Below are positions 36,175 through 44,328 of a stretch of 52,880 nt of DNA, piece by piece (the first letter of the stretch is position 1; every line of letters begins with the position of its first letter). The position numbers and the translations under genes are program-made. The DNA comes from a virus (Duplodnaviria; Caudoviricetes), in IMG/VR virus record IMGVR_UViG_3300020042_001345, positions 1 to 52,880 of that record. One strand, given 5' to 3'. The notes beneath the pieces were generated by a model. It searched no databases. It had not been told where the DNA came from and was given only the letters and a program-made list of their open reading frames with translations.

Positions 36175-39100
36175 TTATCGTGACAGCGCGGTCAATCCGC
36201 CAAGTCGTTTCTTTGGTTCTTTTGCCATACCAGTTAACTTCGACAACTTTTTTGCGCCCTTCTTAATTAATCCTGCTGGCGCAAGAATACCTGCCGTAAT
36301 CTCGGCAAGCGGGAACTCGTTGTCGCCTATTGCGCCAGACTCCCTCAACGCATCAAGGTATCGCTCACTACCAAGCCAAGGTTTCTCAGAAGAAAGGTTG
36401 ACTGGGTAGCGTGTGCTGCTAAGTCCAGCGTCAACGCCCATCAATCCTAAGTTGATTAAGTCAGGGATACCTCCAAGGAACTGAGCGCCCGTGCGTAGAG
36501 CAAAGTCTTTCGCTCCGCCTGCGGTTGTCAATTGACTAGCCTCTTGCGCAACTTGTTCTTTTGCAAGTTTGTACAATTTGGGCGCGTTGCGCTTGATGTT
36601 TGCCCAGTCCTTCTCGGTAAGCGCTGGCTCACGGCGTGCGTCTTCCGATGGCTCAGACAGGTCAACAGCTATGCCACCACCGTCGAAGTGTTGGGCGTCC
36701 TTCCATTGAATAGTCTTGAACGCACCGCCGCCTTCGGCTTTCTTCTTTTCCTTGGGCTTTTTTTCTTTTGCCAGCAAGTCAGGAGCCGCAACACCCATTG
36801 CCGCAGCGATTGCCGCGTTCTTACGGAACGGGTCAAACGCCGCAAAGCGTGAGCGCACGTTGTCTGGGTTCATGCTAATTGTGTGTTCGCCGCCAATGTT
36901 CAATTGGGGATTCATAAATTGTGGCGTGTGGCGTATTTCATCAACATCAAAGTGCTGCATAAAGTCGCCAGCGGCTACGCCTCCTGAAACCATGTCGCCG
37001 CTATATGGGTCATACAAAATAGCGTCGTTACCTTCTTTTTTAATTGTATTGAACAAATCACGCGCAGGAACTTTGCCTTCTTCGTCAGCATAATCCAACA
37101 TAAATTCTCTTATTGGATTTGTCTCACCACCCATTTCATCGTACTCTTTTAAAGCCCTGTTAAATCTTGGAGTGCTAGGTGTATCCACATACATATCAGA
37201 GGCTTCGTCGTATCTCTCAAACGGGCCAACCATATGCGGATTAGATTCTGGCTTGTCGAGGTGGATTGGCTTGTCTGACCTGACCTTCAGCGGATACACA
37301 ACGCCAATGTTGTCAGCGTTAACTGTGTTCCCCAGAATGATTTGCTGTTGGCGCGGAGTTAAAGCCTCGTCCTTCATACGTTGGTGCGTTCTGCGCCAGT
37401 CTTTTTCTAAATCATCCATGCCTCTATTAACTTTTCCTGCAACGTCCGCTCCGTAAATGCTTGCGTAGTTTTCGCTGGCATCTTTTGGAGAATCAGTTGA
37501 GTAGACGCCTCTGCCTGCGTGACTTTCGGTGGAGGCTCTGTTGGAGTCAAACTTTTTGATGTCGTGAACCGAACCGTGATAAGTGTCCTTGTCAAAGCCC
37601 ATCGCCTTCGCTCGTTGCGCTGGCGTATTGTTCGCAGGCAAGCCCAAACCACCCTTAGCTGGTGGTAACGCGGCACGCTCCTGAGCCAGCCTTAACGCCT
37701 CATCTTGAGGAGCCATCAACACCTTGCCAACTTTCTTTGCGCCCTCTAACAAGTTGCCAAACTTACCGCCCTTAGCCATTGCTATACCGCCATGAGCCTT
37801 AGTAATGTCAGGGTCGTTGATGTCGTATGTGCCACGGTTGCCTATAGCTGATTTGATTTGGGTAGGATTAAACGCAATAAAATCTTCCCCAATTTCGACA
37901 CCGTCATACCCACCTTTTTTTGCCAACTCCATAATCTTTTGACGGTTGTTGTCAAATAGCGTGCCTTCATTAAATTTTGTATCCAATCCTAACGCAATAG
38001 CATTTTTTGGGGTTATTACCAATGGATTCTTTAGACTTAAATGAACTGGCATTACATTAGCGCCAATCCTTGTGCCTCCAAATTCGTATGGGTCTTGGGC
38101 GGCATAAATTGAGGCTGTTTGAGGATTAGATGTAAAAAACATACCTTCTTTATCCATCCCATAATTTTCTCCAGCCTTAGATGAGTCAAAGGCAGTTATA
38201 TCCTTGTTTGTTCCATGATAGACGCGCTGCTTAACTTTGCTTGATTCAAGAAATTTTTGTTTGTTAGTTTCTTTTAAATCATTTATGAATTCAGCGTGAC
38301 CAATATCTTCTTGACCGCCACGTCTAGAAATATAGAACTTTGCAATATCTTCAGGGCTATACCCATAACTCAATCCATATTGAATAGAATTTTGAGCATC
38401 CATTAATCTTTGAACATCTTCTTTTGTTTTGCCAGCGTGTACAGTTCCCATTTTGTCGTCATGTACGCTCAACCCAGATTTCTTTAGATTTTTTACAAAA
38501 TCACCCATTTCATATTCTTCAGAAAATGGATGGCCCATGTTTATATCAAACCTAGTAGCAGAAATTTTTCTGTCTTTTAAATCACGAAAATCTTCTTTGG
38601 ATGTTCGTGCTTGATGTATTTGACCCTTATTTGCCATTTGCTTAAATTCATCAACAGACATATTTGGATTAAGCGCAGAAATATTTTTATTTTTTAATTC
38701 TGCTTCCATTTTGGCTTGTTGTGCAGCTTTCCTCGCAGCCATCTCAGCAGCCACAGCCTTCTGTGGGTCTTCAGTCCCAGTAGGTAGCTTAGTCAGCACG
38801 TCCATTACCTTCTTCGCGCCTTTGACTAGCTTGCCACCATCCGCCATAAACTCTAGCTTTTTGAAGGCTCCGCCTCCGTCAGCCATGCCAAGTCGGGCGT
38901 CGATAGCTGCCTGCAATCTAGCGTCAGCCGCCTCAATGTCAACCGCGCCACCCTTAGCCATACGCTTCTCAATAGCCGCGGCTAGTCGCTCGTCCGCCGC
39001 CTTGATGTCTACAGCCCCGCCTTTCTTGTACTCACCTTCTTTAATCTTCAGGTCAGCAAGACGGCGTTGCTCCATAAGCCTGTTCAGCCATTCGTCATCA

Positions 39101-40248
39101 GCATATTGAATTGGGTGGGCGCGAGAGAAAGAGTAGTAGTCACCTGACTCTGGTTGACTTAGCAACCGACGGCGGTCGAAATGGGTTTGGAACACATCCT
39201 TATAATCTGCGGGTACATCTAGCTTGCCAGCAACCTTACCCGCCATTGCGACAGGGTAGTCAGATGGAATGTTTGGCTGCTCGATAATACGCCCTGTAGT
39301 ATCCATACGCGCCAGTCTAAAACCAGTCTGATTGGTTGGGACATCAAGCAACTCAGGCTCAATGATAGCCTTGCGAGTGGCAGGCACATCAGGAAAGCCC
39401 ATTGCTTGGAAGTTCTCTTTGCCCATCGTTCCTAACAACTTGGTGCGGGCAATACCATTGCTTTTGTCGAGCAACATTGTTTGAGCATCAGGGCTAAGAA
39501 TACCGGGCCAATCTGGAATGGCAGGGAACTCCTTCGTACCCTCCCGCATCGCTCGGTCAAACTCTTGCGCTGACTTCTTAGTAATCTTGCTATACGGCAA
39601 CTGCTGAAGCAGGGCGTTAGTTCCCATTATGTTGAAGTCGGTATTGGTTCCAGACCCAGCAGTGTAGATGCCATAGACAGGGCGACCATCCGCGCCTGCA
39701 CGTTCAGCCTGACGACCTAGCGCGGTAACTCGACTAAGCCCAGACTCCCATGCGGCTGACTCTTCTGGGTCAAGGCGATTGTAGTTGGCGTCCATGTAGC
39801 GTGGGCCTGCGGTCAGCCTTACGGGCGTTTCAAGTTCGTTCTCGCCAACGTGGGTCAGGTATCGACCACCAGCGGCTCGGTCGCCAACCAATGGGAATAG
39901 TGCCGCCTCCTCTTTGACTAACTGCTCAGGCGTGATAATGCCGATGTCTGGAGGGTTGAACTTAGGGTCAGCCACCGTGGTGGCGTGCATACCTGTTACT
40001 GGCTTAGACAGCTTGATGCCACCGCCGACTGGGTGATACAGACCTAGCGCCTCGTTCGCCTTCTTGTTACGCGCAGGCAGGTTAGCCATCTGCTCTGCAA
40101 CCTGCGCATTCTTGGCGGCACGGGCAGCAGCCTCTTGCTCATGAGCGACGCGCCCTGCGGCTCGGATTGCGTTCAAGGCTCCCTCGTCATCGTTAGCAAG
40201 CAGCATCTTGCCAACCTTACCGAGTCCACCTAGTAGTTTCTTTGCCAT
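36175..40248 (-). CDS. Large multidomain (polyvalent-like) protein with two ADP-ribosyltransferase-like modules
   Basis: VYHGT..FD..GMFFTS...NVMPVHL.LKNP...GYDG...NPTQIKSA and TYHGS..FD..GVYST...VYPL...NPDNVRSRFA resemble ART-PolyVal domains. Confidence 0.7.
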   Translation of the reverse strand: MAKKLLGGLGKVGKMLLANDDEGALNAIRAAGRVAHEQEAAARAAKNAQVAEQMANLPARNKKANEALGLYHPVGGGIKLSKPVTGMHATTVADPKFNPPDIGIITPEQLVKEEAALFPLVGDRAAGGRYLTHVGENELETPVRLTAGPRYMDANYNRLDPEESAAWESGLSRVTALGRQAERAGADGRPVYGIYTAGSGTNTDFNIMGTNALLQQLPYSKITKKSAQEFDRAMREGTKEFPAIPDWPGILSPDAQTMLLDKSNGIARTKLLGTMGKENFQAMGFPDVPATRKAIIEPELLDVPTNQTGFRLARMDTTGRIIEQPNIPSDYPVAMAGKVAGKLDVPADYKDVFQTHFDRRRLLSQPESGDYYSFSRAHPIQYADDEWLNRLMEQRRLADLKIKEGEYKKGGAVDIKAADERLAAAIEKRMAKGGAVDIEAADARLQAAIDARLGMADGGGAFKKLEFMADGGKLVKGAKKVMDVLTKLPTGTEDPQKAVAAEMAARKAAQQAKMEAELKNKNISALNPNMSVDEFKQMANKGQIHQARTSKEDFRDLKDRKISATRFDINMGHPFSEEYEMGDFVKNLKKSGLSVHDDKMGTVHAGKTKEDVQRLMDAQNSIQYGLSYGYSPEDIAKFYISRRGGQEDIGHAEFINDLKETNKQKFLESSKVKQRVYHGTNKDITAFDSSKAGENYGMDKEGMFFTSNPQTASIYAAQDPYEFGGTRIGANVMPVHLSLKNPLVITPKNAIALGLDTKFNEGTLFDNNRQKIMELAKKGGYDGVEIGEDFIAFNPTQIKSAIGNRGTYDINDPDITKAHGGIAMAKGGKFGNLLEGAKKVGKVLMAPQDEALRLAQERAALPPAKGGLGLPANNTPAQRAKAMGFDKDTYHGSVHDIKKFDSNRASTESHAGRGVYSTDSPKDASENYASIYGADVAGKVNRGMDDLEKDWRRTHQRMKDEALTPRQQQIILGNTVNADNIGVVYPLKVRSDKPIHLDKPESNPHMVGPFERYDEASDMYVDTPSTPRFNRALKEYDEMGGETNPIREFMLDYADEEGKVPARDLFNTIKKEGNDAILYDPYSGDMVSGGVAAGDFMQHFDVDEIRHTPQFMNPQLNIGGEHTISMNPDNVRSRFAAFDPFRKNAAIAAAMGVAAPDLLAKEKKPKEKKKAEGGGAFKTIQWKDAQHFDGGGIAVDLSEPSEDARREPALTEKDWANIKRNAPKLYKLAKEQVAQEASQLTTAGGAKDFALRTGAQFLGGIPDLINLGLMGVDAGLSSTRYPVNLSSEKPWLGSERYLDALRESGAIGDNEFPLAEITAGILAPAGLIKKGAKKLSKLTGMAKEPKKRLGGLTALSR

Positions 40249-40251
40249 GAT

Positions 40252-41664
40252 TTACACCGCGTATGGGTTGACCCGCTCTTTGCGGGTATAAGCATAGTCG
40301 TCATCGTCGTCATCATACCGAGGCTCAGGGTTGATGTCGAGGAAGCCCATATCCTTCATTAAGCGAATCGCTTGCGTCGCACTGTCAACGTAGTCGTCGT
40401 GCGTCGAGTCAGGGAAGCTGCATATCTGGGACAGGAAGCCCTCGCACCAGTCCTTCACATAGCCCTTGCGCACGCTGCTCTCAGGTAGCCAGACGCGCCC
40501 AGTGGCGAAGATAGAGGCGGTAATCTGGAGCCGCTGCATCTTGTCAGCCTTGCCGGGGTTATATCCCCTTACAGGCAAGTGAGCCGCCCGCAGTTCCTGA
40601 ATGAGTGAGATGCCAGCCGCCTTGTCCTCCACGAGTATCAGGTCAGGGCGCTTCATGTCCTTGCCCTCGCCATACGAGACGCGCCACTCTTCTAACACTT
40701 TGGGCTTCAACAGCGGGAACGTCAGGTGTTCAGCCCAGCAGTCAATGAGCAAGACAGACATCGGGCCATCAAGAGGCTTGAAGACTCCCCATGTTGTCAT
40801 AGCCGTTGGGTCGTTGTACTCCTTGTCACTGAACGCGCAGTCATACGACTGGACAATGAACTCAAACTTAGGGAAGGGCTTATCGTGAGGGTACAGCTTG
40901 AACATATCGCGAGAGACGACCTTGCCGTCCTCTAGGTCAACTAGTAAACCCATGACCTCCTGCTCATATAGCTTGCTGCCCTTGTACTGCTCTAACTGGT
41001 TCTTGAACGTGGGCGCTAGGTTGGCAGCGTTCTCGTAGGTGGAGGCGCGGTCAATCACCACGTCGTCACCCTCGCGGCCTACCAAGTCAACAATCAGGTC
41101 TTTGGGCTTGGGTGTTGTCGTCACAATGACGCGAGGCGCATCACCTAGACGCAGGCCAAACATCATCATGTCCCACGCCTCCTGCGGATACTGGAACGCA
41201 GCCAACTCGTCACACCATGCGAAGTGGAACTGTGGGCCACGCAGGCGCTCATACGAGTCGCCACTAATGCCGCGAATGATAGAGCCGTTGGACAGCTTAA
41301 TTTGGTGGTCTTGCTTATTGTAGTCAACCACAAGGTTGTCAGGTATGCAGGCGAGGAGGCCAGACTCGCCCTCAAAGCAGGTGAACTTGATGTCGTTAGA
41401 CGTCGGGGCTAGGACTAGGCAGCGGCTCTTTGGGTGCGTCCACGCCCACCACCACAACGCCTCGGCGGCGCTCCGAGTCTTGCCTGCGCCACGCCCTGCC
41501 AGCATCATCCATACGGTGTAGTCATGCTCTAGGGGTGGCGGTATCTGATACCTATGGGCGCTAGACACCCAAGTGGCGTGCGCTATATATGCAATGCGGT
41601 CATGCTCGGAGCGGGCGTTAAACTCCGCCTGCACCTCTGGGTCTGACATCAAGTCAGCCAGCAC
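40252..41664 (-). CDS. terL: Terminase large subunit
   Basis: Walker A AGRGAGKTR, LRGPQ, Walker B WCDELA, coupling motif TTTP, nuclease SYDCA and HDDYVD. Confidence 0.95.
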   Translation of the reverse strand: MLADLMSDPEVQAEFNARSEHDRIAYIAHATWVSSAHRYQIPPPLEHDYTVWMMLAGRGAGKTRSAAEALWWWAWTHPKSRCLVLAPTSNDIKFTCFEGESGLLACIPDNLVVDYNKQDHQIKLSNGSIIRGISGDSYERLRGPQFHFAWCDELAAFQYPQEAWDMMMFGLRLGDAPRVIVTTTPKPKDLIVDLVGREGDDVVIDRASTYENAANLAPTFKNQLEQYKGSKLYEQEVMGLLVDLEDGKVVSRDMFKLYPHDKPFPKFEFIVQSYDCAFSDKEYNDPTAMTTWGVFKPLDGPMSVLLIDCWAEHLTFPLLKPKVLEEWRVSYGEGKDMKRPDLILVEDKAAGISLIQELRAAHLPVRGYNPGKADKMQRLQITASIFATGRVWLPESSVRKGYVKDWCEGFLSQICSFPDSTHDDYVDSATQAIRLMKDMGFLDINPEPRYDDDDDDYAYTRKERVNPYAV

Positions 41665-42193
41665 GCTTGTTCATCTCCATGTTCTTAATGACATCAAGGA
41701 ACTTGTTCGCGTTCATGTCCTCAGTCTTGATAGCTGCGCCGTCCTCCACGCCCTCCAGCGCCACGCGCTCACCATACTTGCGAGGCTTCAGCTTGGCGGC
41801 TGTCCACTTGCGAGCCTCGATGCGCTGCTTCTGCCACGCTATATAGGTGTGGTCAAGGGTAGTGCGTCCCTTGTCATCAGTGTACTCAGGGGGCATCTCG
41901 TCAGCAATTGCAAGGATTTCGTCAGCGTTGGTGTCAGCCTGCTCTTCGCGTGCGCGTGTGTACATATCGCAGAAGAGGGGGAACCGAATCAACCAACGAT
42001 AAATAGTTGCAACGTGAGGGAGGTGTTGGTCAGCGCATATACGTACTAATGGCTCACCGTGAGTAATACGCCAGCATATCTCGTCTGCTATATCTTCTGT
42101 GTACTCTACAGGTCTATGAGCAGGTCTTGGTATTTGCGGGGCGGCAGGCTTCCCCTTGGCGGCTTTAGCTGGCTTCTTGGCGGTTTCTGGCAT
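41654..42193 (-). CDS. terS: Terminase small subunit (Sf6/P22-like)
   Basis: RPVEYT..IADEIC..I..GE.L..IC....P...TIYRWL HTH and RKWTAAKLKPRKYG. Start uncertain (42193, or 42262 in the track). Confidence 0.9.
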   Translation of the reverse strand: MPETAKKPAKAAKGKPAAPQIPRPAHRPVEYTEDIADEICWRITHGEPLVRICADQHLPHVATIYRWLIRFPLFCDMYTRAREEQADTNADEILAIADEMPPEYTDDKGRTTLDHTYIAWQKQRIEARKWTAAKLKPRKYGERVALEGVEDGAAIKTEDMNANKFLDVIKNMEMNKRAG

Positions 42194-42329
42194 AACCCAT
42201 AATCCCCATATATGGAGTGAACGAATGAACGTAGTGTATTCGATTCGCTTTCGGTTCGCCAACTGTAAAGTTATTCTGGGGAGACTGTAAACTTATTCGG
42301 GTTGTTAGTTCAGTGAAACCGACTCGGTT

Positions 42330-42497
42330 TTATTTCGCTTTCGATTCGTCACAGAGTCGCTTGACATATGCGCTGACATCTTGTTTTGCGCACTCTTTCT
42401 CGTCTAACTCAAAGTCAGGAACCCAAACCATTAAAACCAAAACCATGAGGAACATTATACTAATTGCAGCCTTTTCAAACAAGGTTTCTTCTCTCAT
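42330..42497 (-). CDS. Small single-TM protein (55 aa, not in ORF track)
   Basis: MREETLFEKAAISIMFLMVLVLMVWVP... ATGA overlap with the upstream gene. Confidence 0.6.
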   Translation of the reverse strand: MREETLFEKAAISIMFLMVLVLMVWVPDFELDEKECAKQDVSAYVKRLCDESKAK

Positions 42498-42772
42498 GTG
42501 TTCTTCTCCTTTAGCTTTGCTTCAATTGCTTTCGCGTACTCAATTTCTTCTTCAGTTCGACCATCGTTTAAATATCTTTCTTCATCCGTCAGCCCTACCC
42601 ATTCGCGCTTTGGCGGCGCTGTGTAAAGCGGTTGCGGATTAAACACGGCATCTTGCGGCTTCTTTCGGAAGTACACATTGCCTACCGCTGATAGGTGCAT
42701 CCACGCTACTGGCTCCGGCTGCGGCAACCCTGACCACAAAGGCCAGCCGTCAATGGTTGGCTCAGGCTTCAT
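42494..42772 (-). CDS. Hypothetical phage protein
   Basis: EPVAW...PLYTAPP.REWVGLTDEE...AKAIEAKLKEKN pattern typical of proteobacterial phage early genes. Confidence 0.7.
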   Translation of the reverse strand: MKPEPTIDGWPLWSGLPQPEPVAWMHLSAVGNVYFRKKPQDAVFNPQPLYTAPPKREWVGLTDEERYLNDGRTEEEIEYAKAIEAKLKEKNT

Positions 42773-43029
42773 ACTTCCTCCACGGTCACGCGGTACTTAG
42801 TCCCATTACGGTCTTCAACTAAGATAGTTTTCTTTGTGCTGGCAAACGCGCCCGACTTAGTCAAATCGTACTGTGGCTTGCTCACGCTAGACAGCAGCTT
42901 CTCTGTGTCGTTAGCCTTCAGTTCCTTGCTAATTGTGTGCGCAATGTAATCGCAGTACACAACGTAGGATTTAGGCAAGTTGTCAAAGAACTTGCCAACG
43001 ATAGTGTCCATAGTGTCAAAGTAGTTCAT
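42769..43029 (-). CDS. Hypothetical protein
   Basis: 86 aa with ATGA overlaps on both sides. Confidence 0.65.
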   Translation of the reverse strand: MNYFDTMDTIVGKFFDNLPKSYVVYCDYIAHTISKELKANDTEKLLSSVSKPQYDLTKSGAFASTKKTILVEDRNGTKYRVTVEEV

Positions 43030-43253
43030 GATTCCTCCGAGTAACGTGCTTCAAACATTGAGTCAAGACGGTCTTCTTCGCGGCGCTCAAACTTCCAGTC
43101 TAGGTCTGGGATTGACGAGAAACTCTCTGGAACATGGCACTCTGGGCAAAGGTCAATCTTGCCATCGCTTGCGCCTGTGTTGTCGTTAACAGTCTCAATC
43201 TCGTCTTCTTCAAAGATATGCTTGCAGCAATCGCACTTGTAGTATTTAGTCAT
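43026..43253 (-). CDS. Zn-ribbon protein
   Basis: CDCC...CPEC. ATG 43253 preceded by AAGGAAAGCGAA. Confidence 0.65.
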   Translation of the reverse strand: MTKYYKCDCCKHIFEEDEIETVNDNTGASDGKIDLCPECHVPESFSSIPDLDWKFERREEDRLDSMFEARYSEES

Positions 43254-43296
43254 TTCGCTTTCCTTCGCTGTAATTGGGGGCAAAGCCCCCGTTGAT

Positions 43297-43491
43297 TTAT
43301 TTATTAGCTTGACGCTGCAAAAACAAAAACAATTTACTTTTGGAACATTTCACACAACGCTGCTCTTCTGGTAATGCTAAAAATTGTGCAGCAGGTACAG
43401 TCATATGCTCTCCACGCAAACCGCCACCACTACGACCTGATTGGCAAGTTGGGCCAAAACGTACTGTGTGAAGCAAGTGGTCTTTACGCAT
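43297..43491 (-). CDS. Small Cys/His-containing hypothetical protein
   Basis: H...C...CVKC. First gene after the promoter at 43526-43576; AAGGA RBS. Confidence 0.6.
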   Translation of the reverse strand: MRKDHLLHTVRFGPTCQSGRSGGGLRGEHMTVPAAQFLALPEEQRCVKCSKSKLFLFLQRQANK

Positions 43492-43525
43492 TTTGTTTTC
43501 CTTCGCTTTTGACTGACTATGCGGT

Positions 43526-43595
43526 TTGCTGTGTCAGTAATGTAATTCTAAGTTAAACGATTTGGGGGTGTCAACCCCCTTTTGCAAATATTTTT
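43526..43595 (-). promoter_or_regulatory. Sigma70-type early promoter, copy 1
   Basis: TTGACA-18 nt-TAGAAT with an AT-rich UP-like tract. 42 of 51 nt identical to 44230-44280. Confidence 0.75.
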
Positions 43596-43779
43596 AACTA
43601 TTTTCTAGTTTGTTTACGAGTACGCCAACATTGTCACCATCGGCTTTTAAATGCTGTAACAATTCTTTTAATGTAAAAGTGTTATCAGGATATTTTTGGA
43701 TGTAACTTTCAATTTCGTGCAGGACGTAATTGAAACCGTCGTTGAAACCACCGATGTATTCTGTTTGTAGATTTTCCAT
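43594..43779 (-). CDS. Hypothetical protein
   Basis: MENLQTEYIGGFNDG... ATG 43779 lies downstream of an intergenic hairpin. Confidence 0.6.
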   Translation of the reverse strand: MENLQTEYIGGFNDGFNYVLHEIESYIQKYPDNTFTLKELLQHLKADGDNVGVLVNKLENS

Positions 43780-43826
43780 ATTCAATTCGCTTTCGTTTTG
43801 GTTGCGGGGGCTTTCGCCCCCTTTGT

Positions 43827-43901
43827 TTAATCTGCCCGTGAGCCTGCGTAACATTCAATGCCATGCTTGTTTAGTACCGCAGCAAAGGCTTCAGCGCCCT
43901 C
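43827..43901 (-). pseudogene. Start-less C-terminal gene remnant
   Basis: EGAEAFAAVLNKHGIECYAGSRAD* lies in frame directly after the TAA of 43902..44195. Confidence 0.5.
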
Positions 43902-44195
43902 TTAACGTGAAGTTACTTTGACGCTGAACACAGCGGATGTCTTTGTGTATGTAGCTAACTGCTCCGCAGTTACACCAATATCAGCACACAAAGTCTTGTA
44001 GTCAACAACAGAACGATTAGATTCCATGTAAGTAGCTTTGAAGAGATTGCCCTCTACTACCTTTGCGCCGCCTAAACTAGCGCTGTCTTTGATGCTGTCT
44101 TTGATTGCGTCAGCTTGCTTAGTCAGGTCAGCAATTTGAGCCAAGAGGTTGCCGAGTGTGTCTACTGATGTCAGTTGGATGTCGTTTGATTTCAT
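43902..44195 (-). CDS. Hypothetical early protein with coiled-coil N-terminus
   Basis: VDTLGNLLAQIADLTKQADAIKD...EGNLFKA. First gene after promoter copy 2. Confidence 0.7.
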   Translation of the reverse strand: MKSNDIQLTSVDTLGNLLAQIADLTKQADAIKDSIKDSASLGGAKVVEGNLFKATYMESNRSVVDYKTLCADIGVTAEQLATYTKTSAVFSVKVTSR

Positions 44196-44229
44196 GATTC
44201 GCTTTCGTTGGTTACCTGACTTAGCACCA

Positions 44230-44310
44230 TTGCTGTGTCAGTGGTGTAACTTTAACTTAAACGATTTATCGCTGTCAACCATCTTTTTAAAAATATTTAA
44301 AATATTTTTT
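44230..44310 (-). promoter_or_regulatory. Sigma70-type early promoter, copy 2
   Basis: TTGACA-18 nt-TAAAGT with an upstream A/T tract. Repeat of 43526-43576. Confidence 0.75.
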
Positions 44311-44328
44311 AAGGAGTTTATTGTGTTG

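Noticed and set aside
42194-42330. tRNA or structured ncRNA upstream of terS
   Set aside because: No cloverleaf or T-loop consensus. Only the CGAA arrays and the palindrome reported above.
43526-44280. CRISPR mini-array or att sites
   Set aside because: Only two imperfect copies 704 bp apart, with clear -35/-10 boxes. No cas or integrase gene.
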